In this document: one piece after another, positions 44,743 to 63,995 of the stretch
Layout of the letters: the number at the start of each line of letters is the position of its first letter
Position numbering within the stretch: the first letter of the stretch is position 1
Source: the human T2T-CHM13v2.0 reference genome, Homo sapiens
Strand: one strand, 5' to 3'
Length of the DNA: 64,000 nt
Assembly (NCBI RefSeq): GCF_009914755.1
Contig: NC_060930.1
The notes under the pieces: model-generated
The model's input: the letters and a program-made list of their open reading frames with translations, nothing else
The model's database searches: none
What the model was told of the DNA's origin: nothing
Made by a program: the position numbers and the translations under genes

Positions 44743-44943
44743 GCATCTATGCAGTAGAAACCTTCTCAGTGTCTGTTCTTCCTCCACTATCAAACCACAG
44801 GGTGAGGCCAGGGCACAGTGGCTCATGCCTATAATCCCAGTGCTTTGGGAGGCCAAGGCTGGAAGATTGCTTGAGGCCAGGAGTTTGAGACCAGCCTGGG
44901 CAACATATAGCAAGACCCCATCTCTAAAAAAAGTTGTTTTTTA

Positions 44944-45066
<123 letters not shown>

Positions 45067-45710
45067 CTAGGCGACAGAGTAAGATCTTGTCCCCCCAAAA
45101 AACATTAAAAACCAAAAAAATACTCTACACGGTCACAGGCGAGCCCTGTTATTACACAACCCTCCCTTCCTAGACTCAACTGACTGAACCCAGTACCCTC
45201 CCCAGAGATTGGAATTGGGGTTAAGAGATATTAGTGTCTATCTCAAATGAAGGAGATGTAGCCATCAGGAGGGCTGCTCAGCTATCTTCCAAGTGAATTG
45301 AATAGCAGAGAAACGCCTGGCAATTAGAGAAGAAGGGAGCTCAGGCATTGAGAGAAACAGATGAGAGAAGAGAGAGCAATGGGTTCCTGGGCTTCCTGAA
45401 GCCAGCTGCACTCTGGCTCTGGAATTCTCATTACCATAAATCCTTCATTGCTTAATTGGGCTTGAGTTTGTTTCTACTACTTGCAACCAGAAGATTCTAA
45501 CTAATGTATCCGGTGTGTCAGATAATTTGCCAGCCACTAGGGAATCAGAGATTTAAAAAATAAATAAATAAATAAATAAATCATTAAAAAAGACCTGGTT
45601 CCTTCCTGCAAGAGATTTCCACTAAGTCCCTTTCTTGCAAGTCCTTCCAAGGGAGGGATATATATGTAAGAGATAAAATCTATACAATATATAATAGAAA
45701 GTGAGGAGAC

Positions 45711-45820
45711 AGTGTTGCCAGATTCAGAAAACAAAAACAGGGTGCCTAGTTGAATTTGAATTTCAGAAAAACAATGAGTAATTTTTTGGTATAAGGGTGT
45801 CCCGAATATTTTACCTGGAC
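45711..45820 (+). mobile_element. MER53-like hAT MITE
   Basis: GTTGCCAGATT...AGTTGAATTTGAATTTCAGA.AAACAATGA.TAATTTTT. Confidence 0.6.
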
Positions 45821-47804
45821 CTCAGATATATATTGTACATTAAAGAAAGGAGACTTAACCCAAACTAAGCCATCTGAGAAATCTTATTAATTTATTTAGT
45901 TATTTGGTTAGTTCTCTCCTGGAGAAAAGAAGGCTTGGGTCGAATTTTGAAGCATAAGTAAGAATCCACAGCGGGCTGGGCATGGTGGCTCATGCCTGTA
46001 ATCCTAGCACTTTGGGAGGTCGAGGCAGGCAGATCACCTGAGGTCAGGAGTTTGCGACCAGCCTGGCTAACATGGTGAAACTCTGTCTCTACTAAAAATA
46101 CAAAAATTAGCCGGGTGTGGTGGCACATGCCTGTAATCCCAGCTATCCAGGAAGCTGAAGCAGGAGAATCACTGGAACCTGGGAGGCGAGTGAGCAGTGT
46201 GAGCAACTGCCTTCTGCAGTTGTCAGAGGACCAGGGAAATGTTTTCACCAGGGGAATGGTTTTATTATATTTGTATTGTAGATAGATCACTGGCTGCAGT
46301 GTGAAAAACAATTTGGGGGAAACAAGATTAGAGGCAGGGAACCATTTAGGAATCTGTTTAATAGTCCAGATAGGAGTTGATGGGGACCTGAGCTAAGGCA
46401 GTGGGAGTAGGAATAAAGGAAATACTCTGAAAGTCTTTAGAAGATATAGTCATTGGAACTTAATGATTGATTGGATGTGAAGAGTGAAAAGTAAAATCAG
46501 TCAAGGATAATGTCCAGGTTTCTGATGTGTTTGACTGTTGTTGTTTTAACTGTGTGGGTTGTGTTAGTAATGGATTTTGAAAAACAGAAGGAGAAGCAGA
46601 TTTGGTTAAAATTAACATTAAAAAAGAAAAAATAATAGTAATAAGAATAACAGCAGGCTGGGCGTGGTGACTCATGCCTGTAATCTCACACTTTGGGAGG
46701 CTGAGCTAGGAGGATAACTTGCGGCCAGCAATTTGAGACCAGCTTGGGCAACATACTGAGAACCTGTCTCAAAAAAAGAAAAGAAAAAAATAGCTGGATG
46801 CCATGAGGCGTGCCTGTAGCCCCAGGAGGCTACTCAGGAGGCTGAGGTAGGCGGATTCCTTGAGCCCAGGATTTCAAGGCTGCAGTGAGCTGTGGTCAGG
46901 CCACTGCATTCCAGCCTGGGCAACAGAGTGAGACCTTGTTTCAAAAACATTTTTTAAAATTAAAAAAAGAACAGCAGCTGGGCGTGGTGGCTCACACCTG
47001 TAATCCCAGCACTTTGGGAGGCCGAGGTGGGCGGATCATGAGGTCAGGAGTTCGAGACCAGCCTGGCCAACATGGTGAAACCCCATCTCTACTAAAAATA
47101 CAAGAATTAGCTGGATGTTGTGGCATACGCCTGTAATCCTAGCTACTCAGGAGGCTGAGGCAGGAGAATTGCTTGAACCCAGGAGGCGGAGGTTGCAGTG
47201 AGCTCAGATCACACCATTGCACTCCAGCCTGGGCAACAGAGTGAGATTCCATCTCAGAAAAAAAAAAAAAAAAAAAAAAAGAACAGCAAATAATAATGGA
47301 TGACATTTATTTTCTATTATATGCTATCTATGATTTTATTTTATTCTTTAAAATATCTATATCTATTATATAATTTAATGTTATAGACATTCTGAGACAT
47401 GGATTTTTTTTGAGACAGAGTCTTACTTTTGTCACCCAGGCTGGAATGCAATGGCTCAATCACAGCTCACTGCACCCTCGACTTCCCAAGCTCAGGTGAT
47501 GCTCCCACCTCAGCCTCCTGAGTAGCTGGGACTATAGGCACATGCCACCACACCAGGCCAGTTTTTTGTATTTTTAGTAAAGATGGGGTTTTGCTATGTT
47601 GCTCAGGCTGGGCTCAAGCGATCCACTCACCTTGGCCTCCCAAAGTGCTGGGATTACAGGCATGAGCCACCTGACCAGGCCTTATTAGACCCTTTTGACA
47701 GATGAGAAAACTGAAGTATAGCAAGGTTAAGTCACTTGTCCAAACTCACAGACAATACCCTTAATGAACAGTGTTATTGTTATTACAGCAAATTAGGATT
47801 CTTA

Positions 47805-48710
<906 letters not shown>

Positions 48711-50710
48711 CCCTTTATCTGACTGTGTGACATTGAGTCACAGCATCTGTCAACAGTGCAGTCCAGCTCTCAGCTCATCTGACTTAACCCACAGACAGAT
48801 TTTTAGAGACAAGCATGCACTCCATACCCTTAAGGCAACCCTCTATTAATATCGTATCTATCAACCAAGCTTTAGTCAATGTTGAGCATCGGGACAATTG
48901 ACATTATATTTCCTGACAAGCTCCTTGAGGGCATTAAATATCTCTTGCTGATTAAGAGTATAGCAGACCCGGTGTAGCTGATCTCTGCCTACTTCTAAAC
49001 CTCATCTCATTCCACTCTTACCTCCTTCATACATTCTGGTCTCACTGGACTTTTTCCCCCCACAGAGCCTTTGAATTTACAGTTCCCTTTGCCTGGAATG
49101 CTTTCCCTTGCTTCCTCACACTCTTCCCCTCCTTGGCTGCTTCTTATTCTAGGCTTTTCCTTAAATGTCACCTCCTCGGAGAGAATGTCCCAGCTCACTT
49201 GGGACTCAAAAGGGGCAATGGCTTCTCATAATTGGGGGCCCTGAGCTATGTCCTGCCAAGAAGCAGGTGAAGAAGAATGTGTTCTGGCCAAGGAAAGCAA
49301 CCCCAATAGCAGCCTCATGGGGAAGAAAAGGAACCATTTGTTATTTTTTAAATGAATAATACTAATAAAGACAATTATTGCTACCATTTGTCAGTACTTA
49401 GATAGCAGTTGCACTCTTGTCCTCATCTCTCTCAAGAATTCACCTGCAGGCTGGGCACAGTGGCTCACCCCTATAATCCCAGCACTTTGGGAGGCCGAGG
49501 TGGGTGGGTCACTTCAGGTCAGAAGTTCGAGACGAGCCTGGCCAACATGGTGAAACTTTGTCTCTATCAAAAAATACAAAAATTAGCTGGGTGTGGTGGT
49601 GCACACCTGTACTCCCAGCTACTCAAGAGGCTGAGGCTAGAGAATCCCTTGAACCTGGGAGGCAGAGGTTGCAATGAGCTGAGATCACGCCACTGCACTC
49701 CAGCCTGGGCGACAGCGACAGAGCAAGACTCCATCTCAAAAAAAAAAAAAAAAAGAATTCACCTGCATAAAACATTCGCGAATAAGAGGGAATTTCTAAA
49801 GACATCAAGGGAAGAATGAGAAACAAAAAAATCTGAAGAAAAATAAAAAATAAAAAATAAAAAACCTCTTCTTCAGATAGCCCTGTTTTCCAAAGCAACT
49901 TTTTTCACTGTTCAGACACAGAGGTGTTTTATCTACCGTTGTGCTAGTAAATATTTACTAGTTAGCTCTTTGGGAGTGGGAAGGGCTGATGTGCAGACTT
50001 GCCAATTTCTGTAGTATAAATAATCCCACCATAACTGATTTCACACTGCCAGCATGATGCCTCTGAACATGAAGTTGGGAAGAAATGCCAAAAACCAGCC
50101 CTTGAAAGCCCATAGCTGCCAGCTCCATCACACCCGAGTACCCCTTCAGCCCCAACGTCATTTATTTTTTTTTTCTCCCCTCACAGATTTACCCAGCTTC
50201 CAGCTCTCCCAGTGGAACTTTGCATATGCAAACCTTATTCAACTCTCAGAAAAACAAAAAGACTTCAGTTAACAGGATTCATCCTCCCTAGAAGATATTT
50301 TGATACCAGAACTTGACTCTTAAGGCCTTAGCTCCAAGAAGTACATTCAAGTATTTCTTCTAAACTCATTTCTTAGATCGTAAGAGGAATTCAAGAAAAT
50401 GTTATTTCCTCTCTTTCCTTATACATGTATCTTCTAATTTATAATCCTCATGACTGTCATTTGGGATATAATTTTAGTTTCAGTTTTCTGATAAGGAGCC
50501 AAAGTTCAAGCTGGACACAGCGGCGCACACCTGTAGTCCCAGCTACACGGGATGCTGAGGCAGGAGAATCACTTGAGCCCAGATGTTTGAGGCTGTACTG
50601 TGCTATAATCATGCCTGGGAATAGCCACTGCACTCCAGCCTGGGCAACACAGTGAGATCCCGTCTCTTAAAAAATATATGTACAAACCGAAGTTCAGGGA
50701 GTTCAAGTGA

Positions 50711-50860
<150 letters not shown>

Positions 50861-50968
50861 TAAGTAGCTGAGACTACAGGCATGCACCACCACGCCTGGC
50901 TGATTTTTTTGTATTTTTAGTAGAGATAGGGTTTTACCATGTTGGCCAGGCTGGTCTTGAACTCCTGA

Positions 50969-51244
<276 letters not shown>

Positions 51245-52938
51245 TAGTAGAGACAGGGTTTCACCTTGTTAGCCAGGATGGTCTCGATTTCCCGACCTCG
51301 TGATCCACCAGCCTCGGCCTCCCAAAGTGTTGGGATTACAGGCGTGAGCCACCACGCCTGGCCTAATTTACTGAATTATTAAGTGGTATCTGATTCCATC
51401 TGATGACCAGTCTGGGCTCTTAACCTTTACCCTACATTAAGTGAGCCTGTGTACCATGCTATGGCTTAGAGAGCTCATTGGGAAGCCCTAATATAGGTAT
51501 TTCTCAATCAACCATACAGCCTTCCCAGGCTATTGCTAGAGAATTAATGCTATGACTGAACAAAGAAAGTGATTTTTAAATAAGGAAATTCAGAAAACTT
51601 TGATTTTACTATACACAAACACAGAGCCAGGTACGGAAGTGAATATAAGTCTGGGAACTAAGACTTTTTCTTTTTTTAGAGAAAGGCTCTCCCTCTGTCG
51701 CCCAGGCTGGAGTGCAGTGGCCTGATAATAGCTCGCTGCAGCCTCAAACTCCTGGGCTCAAGCAATCCTCCTGAGTAGCTGGGATACAGGCGTGTGCCAC
51801 TATGCTTGGCTAATTGTTAAAATTTTTTTGTAGAGACAGAGTCTTGCCATGCTTCCCAGGCTGGTCTCTAACTCCTGGCCTCAAGTGATCCTCCCACCTC
51901 GGTCTCCCAACGTGATAGGATTACAGGCATGAGACACTGTGCCTGGCTGAACTAAGACTTTGCAACATTTGTAGAAAAAAAAATGAATATGGAGGATAAT
52001 AGAATAAGAAAAGCAAAGCAATGAGTAATTTGTTTTAAACTGCACCTCACAGGGAGGCAACACAGGGAGTAATTGCTAAACTCTACAAATCCACAGTATA
52101 CAGTTCCCTTCAGGTAAGATCCTTAGAAATTCAGTTTTGGGGGCCAGTATCCATTCACCCTTTCTTTAATAATATCGGTGCCCATTCTGCTCTGGGAAAC
52201 CTCACCTCCTCAACTTCCATTCCAAGTGCTTATTTATTTATTTTTTCTTTTGAGATGGAGTCTCACTCTGTCGCCCAGGCTGGAGTGCAGTGGTGCCATC
52301 TCAGCTCACTGCAACCTCTGCCCCCCAGGTTCAAGCTATTCTGCCTCAGCCTCCCTAGCAGCTGGGATTACAGGCATGCGCTATCATACCTGGCTAATTT
52401 TTGTATTTTTAGTAGAGATGGGTTTTTACCATGTTAGCCAAGCTGGTCTCAAACTCCTGACCTCAGATGACTCACCCACCTCAGCTTCCCAAAGTGCTCG
52501 GATTACAGGCGTGAGCCACCGCGCCCAGCCAGTCCAAGTGCTTTAGGTGGTGTCACTCCATATCCTACTTTCGAAGAGTTCATACGGGGTAGATTTTATG
52601 GTATGTGAATTACATCTCAATGAAACTGTCATCTAAAGAAAAAAAATAGTTCCTGTGACTTAGTCCAGCTAATTAGAATATTACACTCTTCTGGCCACAT
52701 GAATCTGTTCAGGAACAATTATGTAACCCAATCAAATGAATAAAACAAAATTAGACTTTTGCTGGGATTGTTGAAAGGCATCTTTCAAAATGTTTTTATT
52801 GAATTGAATCCGGGAAGATGCTGCTGCAGGCAGCCATCTTGTTTCGCTATGGAGCCAGAGAATAACTCCGATCTTCCCGAAACAAGGAATAGAGACACTT
52901 CCTGATGATATTTTTATTTAACCTTCTTCCCAATTCAG

Positions 52939-53776
52939 TGAAGGGGAGAAAATGTAATTTCTTTTCTCAACCTTTATAAGTTCATAGCTGGGACATCTCT
53001 GTAGCAAAAGACAGATCAACAAGAGAAAAACAAGCATTTTTTTATTTTTAATGCCTGCTGTGCCCACCGTGCAGGAGAAATCCCGATTTGAAGGTATCTC
53101 TCAAAATGGTGGCTAAGAGTCCTGGTTTAGAAAGCATACCTAACAAAGAGCAATAATTTAGAAGTGACAAGACAAAGGAATAAGCAGCTTTAGGCTCCCA
53201 AAAGGTGGGGAAATTATGGGAAGGTAATAAAGTCAGCTCCAAGATTCCTCTGGCCCACTGGTGCCAGTCTCCGAGCTAAGTGGATGATAATCTGCATGTC
53301 TGTCTTTAGGCAGAAAGGACAGGCAGGATCCCTTCTGCATCTTTTTCACGGGAATTTTTATGGCCAGCCATAGGTAAGAAGGAGCAGCTCAAACAGACCT
53401 TTTCTATAAACTATTGCTTCCCAATTGTCTCTAGCTTAAAAATATTTATGCCAGGATGGCTGTGGTGGCTCATGCTTGTAATCCCAGCATTTCGGGAGGC
53501 TAAGGCAGGAGTATAGCTTGAGCCCAGGAGTTCGAGACCAGCCTCGGCAATAAAGCAAGACCTTGTCTTTACAAAAAATTCTACTGAAGCAGCCTGGATT
53601 GCTTGAGCCTAAGAGGTTGAGCCTGCAGTGAGCCATGATCTTGCCACTGCATTCTAGCCTGGGTGACACTGCAAGATCCTGTCTCAAAAAATAAAATAAA
53701 ATAAAATAACAACAACAACAACAAATATGTATGCCAAAAGGCATATCTTGGGGGTGAAATATTCTGGTTTCCTTCA
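52939..53776 (-). mobile_element. ERV1 solo LTR (MER34/MER39-like) with an Alu at ~53449-53725, nested in an older MLT1 LTR (~52640-53900)
   Basis: TGAAGG...CCTTCA termini, 4-bp TSD TCAG/CCAG, AAAAGACAGAT.AACAAGAGAAAAACAA and ATGCCAAA..GGCATAT.TTGGGG motifs. Confidence 0.72.
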
Positions 53777-54027
53777 CCAGCCTTGATTGAAGTGAAATCT
53801 GGACCAAGATCATAAGACCAAGCTACACAAGCTAATAACATATATATTTTTTAATATAAGCCAATTTGGTAGTGTTTTCTGTTATTTGTAACTAAAAAGA
53901 AGTTTGAGGCTGGGCACAGTGGCACATGCCTGTAATTCCATACTTTGTGAGGCGGAGGTGAGTGGATCACTTGAAGTCAGGAGTTCGAGACCAGCCTAGC
54001 CAACATAGTGAAACCCCGTCTCTACTA

Positions 54028-54684
<657 letters not shown>

Positions 54685-54905
54685 TCAAATGACTATGGCT
54701 ATCGTGTATTTTATCTTGGGACGTGGACCATTTCTTGACAAAGGATGGAATGTTAGAGAACATAGTACAACAATGCCAGAATTTTAGAGTGTGTTGGCTG
54801 TTTCCTATGGCCTATGTCATGGTGCCCCAAAAAGGAGTGTTAAATTGAAAGTAGCTCATCAGAAATCTAAGAGCTAGCATCAATTTTCTTTTTTTTTTTT
54901 TTTGA

Positions 54906-55213
<308 letters not shown>

Positions 55214-56470
55214 TAGGTCCCATTCAGCTACCTCCTGAAGGCACTTATGGCTGACAAAGTAGGCAATTATCATTTACAGAAATGTGGCTGGACTGCAGGC
55301 CTGGAGCCGATTAGCCTCACCTGTATACCTACCCTAGAACATCTAAATTGCCTCAAGACAGATGCAGAGATGAATTTCATTAGCTAACTGTTCGAAAAGT
55401 AGGATGGAACTTTAGAGTCTGCTGCTAAGAAACAGAGGCCCAGAGGTCCAGTTCTAGACTCAACCTGGTGATTGTTTCACCTCTAAACCTCTAATGCACT
55501 TGCCACACTCTTGGTGCTCAAGAGATGTAACCTCAGGAAAAGAAATCATTACCAATGTCTACTTTAAATCTACCCACTGGAGGAAAAGGGACCATTTTAG
55601 CTGATTAAGAAGTTCACTCTGGGCCGGGTGCGGTGGCTCACACCTTTAATCCCAGCACTTTGGGAGGCCAAAGCGGATGGATCACCTGAGGTCAGGAGTT
55701 CGAGGCCAGCCTGGCCAACATGGTGAAACCCTGTCTCTACTAAAATTACAAAAATTAGCCAGGTGTGGTGGTGCGTTCCCATAATTTCAGCTACTCGGGA
55801 GGCTGAGGCAGGAGAATTGCTGGAACCTGGGAGGCAGTGGGCGCGGTGAGCTGAGATCGCAGCACTGCACTCCAGCCTGGGAGACAGAATGAGACTCCGT
55901 CTCAATCAATCAATCAATTAAAAAAAAATCACTCTCTGGCCAGGCATGATGAGTCACAGCTGTAGCCCTAGCTACTAGGGAGATTGGGGCAGGAGGAGAC
56001 TTGAGCCCAGGAGGTCGAGGCTACAGTGAGCCATGTTTATACCACTGCACTCCAGCCTGGGTGACAGAGTGAGATGCTGTCTCAGAAAAAAAAAAAGAAA
56101 AAAGAAATTCACTCTATTGGTAGCAAGTTGCAAGATTGTGCATATAGTGTTACATATAGTAATTGGAGTAAATATATATATTAGCTCTGGTAGGTAACAG
56201 GGTTGTCTCTGGGAACTGGGTAGATCAAGGGGAGATTTACTCTTCCTGATGCATTGTTTTGTACCATGTAAATCTATTATTTATTCAAAAATAGATACAT
56301 TGTATACAACTAAATAGCATTTGATAATTTATAATTTCTCTATTACATTGTTGTAACAATATTAGTTGTTCAAGGATTAAACTAAACTCATTTAATTTTA
56401 TATTAATATTTAAATTTTAAATCTTTTTTATTTTGGTAAGATATGCACAACTTGAATTTTACCATTTTAA

Positions 56471-56741
<271 letters not shown>

Positions 56742-56919
56742 TGATCTGCCCACCTCGGCATCCCAAAGTGCTGGGATTACAGGCGTGACCCACCGCCCCC
56801 AGCCAGATAAGTCTATTTTTTAGAAGAATGAACTTTTCATGTAAGTAATTAGTTTTTATTTTATTTTTAAAATTAATTTCTGTTTTTAATCACAACTGAG
56901 TAATTTAAATTTAAAATCT

Positions 56920-57978
<1,059 letters not shown>

Positions 57979-58480
57979 AGCACATTTTGTATGCATTATA
58001 AATACAATATAAATCTACCTTATTTAATTTATTCTGAATATCAATTAAGTCTATATTTGAACATGTCAGGACCTTTTACACAATACTTTATCCACTCAGA
58101 TTCTCATTATTGACACTGAAGAATTAAAATCTCCAATATAATTTTGATTGTATCAATAGCTTACATTTCTAACAAACACATATCCACTGAGGTTTTGACA
58201 TCTGGTTCACATTCTTCTCTGCCTAACTTCTACCACTTTCCTAGGTAACTTATACATTCCACTTCTTAGCCTGAGAGTTCCCTAACCTGTATTCCAATTA
58301 TTACTTTCTTTCAACAGGCCACTCTCCCAGCCACATCCTCGACCTTGTTATAATTCAGGACTCCTCTACTTTTGACAACTTACTCTCAGAACACAGCCTC
58401 CTTTCCTTCCCGTCATTCTGACTCACAAGGCAGCAGATTCACCTAACCTTCTCCAGCCTCAGCGCTGTCCTTTCTTCTAG

Positions 58481-58672
<192 letters not shown>

Positions 58673-60544
58673 TAATTTTTTAATTTTTTTTTATAGAGTC
58701 AGGGTCCCCTGTGTTGCCCAGGCTTGTCTTTAACTCCTGGGTTCAAGTAAATCACTTGAGCCTCAGCCTCCCAAAGTGCTGGGATTACAGGCATGAGTGA
58801 GTCACCATGCCTGGCTGATTTTCTTTCTTCTCAATCCAACTTGACCTTCATTTCTAGCCGCTTCAACTGTGTTCCCACCCATACCTTCAGTTGCCTTCCC
58901 CTCCTCTCTTTCTACTCTACCTGCCCTACAAATTCCCACCCCTGGATTAATACATTCATCGCCTTCCCTGCTACTATCTCTAGGGAATGCAGAATTAGTA
59001 AAGACTCTTGATTGACAATGAGAATCCAACAGGAGCTAGCTTCAAAAAAATTAATATGAAAATTCAAATTTGTACCCTTAGGGAACCAAGGATTAAGAAT
59101 GTAGGCTGGCCTTTAAAGGATCAGAATCAGTACTTCTGTCTTCAGTTTTCGTCTCTATTTCTCTCTGTCTGACTGCTTCTTTCTTGTCTTTTTCTCCCTC
59201 TCTAGAATAACTTTCTGTTCTCACACAGTAACGTGGAAGCTTCCTAACTTGCAACTCCTGTTAAAGTGATGTCAAAGGTGATACTGGAATCTCTTAGCCT
59301 TAGTTTCTAATTCATGGGGGAAAGAGCTATGATTGGCTTGATTTGGTGGAGATCTACTCTAGATAGATCAACTAGGGCCAGAAAGGCATGACCGTATTTT
59401 GTAAAATGATAGCTGGAGACTCACAGCTGTTACCATGTACTCTTCCATGAAACTATTGCCAGGGAAGATACAATATCCTGTCCATGAGTAAATGTACAAG
59501 GTTACAGGTACTCATGAAATCTATAACTGTAGCCAGAGGAGTACCAGGCTCTGATTCAGCTAGACTTAGTCACATGCCCACTAGCAGAGGCTGAGATAGC
59601 CTGTGCCCATTAGCATAGGTAAGAAGAGGGTCTCCTGAATGAGGAAAAATGACTGGCACAGTTGCTAGAAGATAGATAAGGAAGCTATGAAACTCTCTGG
59701 CTATTAATTACCGTGTATTTATTGCCAGTTTAATATGTGCAGGGCCAGGCTATGAGCTGAATATATTTTTACTCAGTATGTTTTCATTGCTTTATTTGAA
59801 GATATAAAAAATCTTAGAATGTTAAAAATACCCAATTTGTTGCTAAATGTAAAGCAATTTTTTTTCAAAATCAAATCAAAATGACTTTAGATTATTTTGG
59901 ATTAACCACACCATTGTTTCCCTCCATTAGCTAAGATAATCAGCAATCAATTAAATATACTTCCATATGTCATTTATCTAATAATACATCATAATTATAT
60001 GAAAACAAATCGACTTCAGGGAGTCGTTTTGCTCCAAGCAAATTCATTTTGGATATGAATTCTGCCCATATTTATACCTAACATAATTAAATACATGCTT
60101 TGAAAAGAAATGCTGTAACAATTCACTGAGTGCCTTTTTACTAAACTAAACATTTTTTTCTGTCTCCCTACCAATCATCATTGAGAAATTATAGAGGGCA
60201 AATATAAGAACACAACAAAGCATAAGACAAAAAGCCTTGCTTCCTTTATTCTGTTCTGGCTTGCTTTGACTTTTGATCTCTGCTTTTACTTTCCTGTTGA
60301 ATAGACAACAACCCCCAAGGAGGCCTTCGAGAAATTTAGAATAAGCAAACAAACCAAATGGAATACTTCCTTCTACTTCCTCCCCTCCCAGCTGTTACAA
60401 TTTAAATCTGCCTTTTCTGTAGGTTCAGGGAATAAATTCTCATAAAACTGACTGCTGCAGGAGTTCTGTTCTGTTCTTTGACAGTTTCTCACTAGCAAAA
60501 CCCTCCTTGGCCTTTGGTATTCTCACCACTCACTCTCTCTCTCT

Positions 60545-60585
<41 letters not shown>

Positions 60586-60586
60586 A

Positions 60587-60694
<108 letters not shown>

Positions 60695-60697
60695 TGA

Positions 60698-60919
<222 letters not shown>

Positions 60920-61088
60920 TGAATTTCTTCTACAGATTTATCACTTGTAAGAAAATAATTGGAAAAATTCCAGGGAGAGATGTAGCTAACAGAGAGCATG
61001 AAAGACAAAGCCCAAGTAGTATCATGTCAATGTTAATTTCTTGGTATTGATAATTGTAATTTGGTTCTATAAAGTGTTAGCACCTGGG

Positions 61089-61743
61089 TGCTGGAGAGGA
61101 TGTGGACAAACAGGAACACTTTTACACTGTTGGTGGGAGTGTAAACTAGTTCAACCATTGTGGAAGACAGTGCGGTGATTCCTCAAGGATCTAAAACTAG
61201 AAATACCATTTGACCCAGCGATCCCATTACTAGGTGTACACCCAAAGGATTATAAATCATGCTACTATAAAGACACATGCACACGTATGTATAAAGGCAC
61301 TATTCACGATAGCAAAGACTTGGAACCAACCCAAATGTCCATCAATGATAGGCTGGATTAAGAAAATGTGGCACATATACACCACGGAATACTATGCAGC
61401 CATAAAAAAGGATGAGTTCATGTCTTTTGTAGGGACATGGATGAAGCTGCAAACCATCATTCTGAGCAAACTATCTCAAGGACAGAAAACCAAACACCAC
61501 ATGTTCTCACTCACAGGTGGGAACTGAACAATGAGAACACTTGGACATGGGGTGGGGAACATCACACACTGGGGCCTGTAGTGGGGTGAGGGGAGGGGGA
61601 GGGATAGCATTAGGAGAAATACCTAATGTAAATGATGATTTGATGGGTGCAGCACACCAACACGGCACATGTATACATATATAACAAACCTGCACATTGT
61701 GTACATGTACCCTAGAACTTAAAGTATAATAATAAAAAAAAAA
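61089..61743 (+). mobile_element. 5'-truncated L1PA element
   Basis: ORF2 C-terminal remnant (ALFTIAKTWNQPKCPSM..WIKKMWHIYT), L1PA 3' UTR, A tail, 12-bp TSD TTAGCACCTGGG at 61077/61744. Confidence 0.93.
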
Positions 61744-61854
61744 TTAGCACCTGGGGAAGGTGGGTGAAGGCTATACATGAATTAATTGGAATACTTTTGC
61801 CACTTAAAATCTGAAATTATTTCAAAATGAAAGGTTAAAGAAAATTTAAAACTT

Positions 61855-63280
61855 AAAAACACTGAACTCCTGATCACCTCCATTTCTACTCCCAAACCTG
61901 CTCCACCTGCAATCTTTTCCATCTCCATGGATGGCAATTTCATTCTTCTTGTCCAGGCCAGAACATTTAAAGTCATCTTTTATGTCTTTTTTGCCCTCCT
62001 ACCTCAATTCCAATCTACAAGACATTTTATGGGCTTTGTCTTTCCATATGTCCAGTATCAAATCACTTCTCATCACCTCTCTTGCTGCCTCCCAGTCCAG
62101 GACATTGTCAGTGCTTGCCTGGATTATTGCAACAGCTTTCTAATCAGCCTCCTCGATCTACTTCTCTTCTCCTAATGCTCTAATGGTTCTCATTTTATTC
62201 AGAGTAAAAGTCAAAGTTCTGACTATAGCCTATGAGGCCCTACATGTTTCCTTCACTTTCTACGCGATCTAGTTTTGATCTCCTCTTTTACTACTCACTC
62301 ACTCACTTGATTCAAACCACTCTGATCTACATTTTTAGAGACATAGTCTTGCTCTGTCACCCAGGCTGGAGTGCAGTGGTGCGATCATAGCTCACTGCAG
62401 CCTTGACTTCCCCGGGCTCAAGGGATCCTTCTGCCTCAGCCTCCTGAGTAGCTGGGAATATAGGCACATACCACCATGCCCAGCTAATTTTTAAATTGTT
62501 TGTAGAGGTGGGGTCTTGCTGTGTTGCCCAGGCTGGTCATGTAACCTGCTGTTTTTCAAACAGGTCAGGTATGCTCCTACCTGAAGGCTTTTCCACTAGG
62601 TGGCCCCTTTTCCTTGAATGCTCTTCCCCCATACATTCTTTGGCTGACCCCGTCACATTTTTTGAGCCTTTACTTAAACGTCTTTTTCTCAATAAGCCTA
62701 CTCTGACCACCATCTTTAAAAACTGCAAGGCCTGATTCTGCTTTTTCTTAATCTGCTGTAATTTTGTGGCCATCTTTATCACCTTTCAATGCACAATACA
62801 ATCTTCATACGATATTTCTTGTGTTTTGTCTATCTCTACCTATTAGTATATAAACTTTTTTCTTTCTTTCTTTTTTTTTGTTTTTGAGACAGTCTCGCTC
62901 TGTTGCCCAGGCTGGAGTGCAGTGGCACGATCTCCGCTCACTGCAGCCTCTGCCTCCTGGGTTCAAGCAATTCTCTGCCTCAGCCTCTTGAGTAGCTGGG
63001 ATTACAGGCATGCACCACCACGCCTGGCTAATTTTTGTATTTTTGGTAGAGACAGGGTTTCACCATGTTGGCCAGGCTGGTCTTGAATTCCTGACCTTGT
63101 GATCCACCCGCCTCAGCCTCCCAAAGTGTTGGGATTACAGGCGTGAGCCACTGTGCTCGGCCGCATATAAATTCTTAAAAGGGGAATGATATTGTCTGTT
63201 TTATTTTTTGAGCATTTAGAACAGTACTTGGTATACTGTATATACTCAATAAATACATTATTATGTAACTCAATAAGTTT
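61855..63280 (+). mobile_element. L2 3' fragments interrupted by Alus; other L2/MIR remnants at ~5980-6410, 9320-9520, 15270-15480, 46210-46600 and 48970-49200
   Basis: CCTGGATTATTGCAACAGC.TTCTAA and ..ACTCAATAAATA.. L2 hallmarks. Confidence 0.65.
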
Positions 63281-63734
63281 GCAATGTATGAGTCATATAT
63301 TACTGAAGGACAGAGAAAACAACGCATGTCTTCTACCCACAGATAATTATAAGCAATCAGGGAGTTAGACAACAGATGCGAATTCTTATTTTTTTAATCA
63401 TTAAGAGAATATGTAACAGCAAGAAGTTTAGCCAGCACTCTTCTGGTTGCAAGTCATAGAAATCCACTCAAATTAGTTTAAGAAAAGAAGAGAAGGATTT
63501 ACTTGTTAACATAACTGAATAGCACAAAAAGAAAGCTAGCTCCAGGCGTGCTGGGTATAGGGGCCTTACAATTGTCCTTGGAACTTATTGATTTCTCCCT
63601 TCATCTCTCAACTCTGCTTTCCTCTGAAAGAGCTTTGGTAGGCCGGGCGTGGTGGCTCACATCTGTAATCCCAGCATTTTGGGAGTCCGAGGCGGGTGGA
63701 TCATGAGGTCAGGAGATCGAGACCATCCTGGCTA

Positions 63735-63995
<261 letters not shown>

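Noticed and set aside
59690-60200. AT-rich, apparently unique block with a small CGACTTC/GAGTCG hairpin; possible enhancer or next-gene promoter
   Set aside because: No CpG island or decisive motif; function cannot be supported without conservation or chromatin data.
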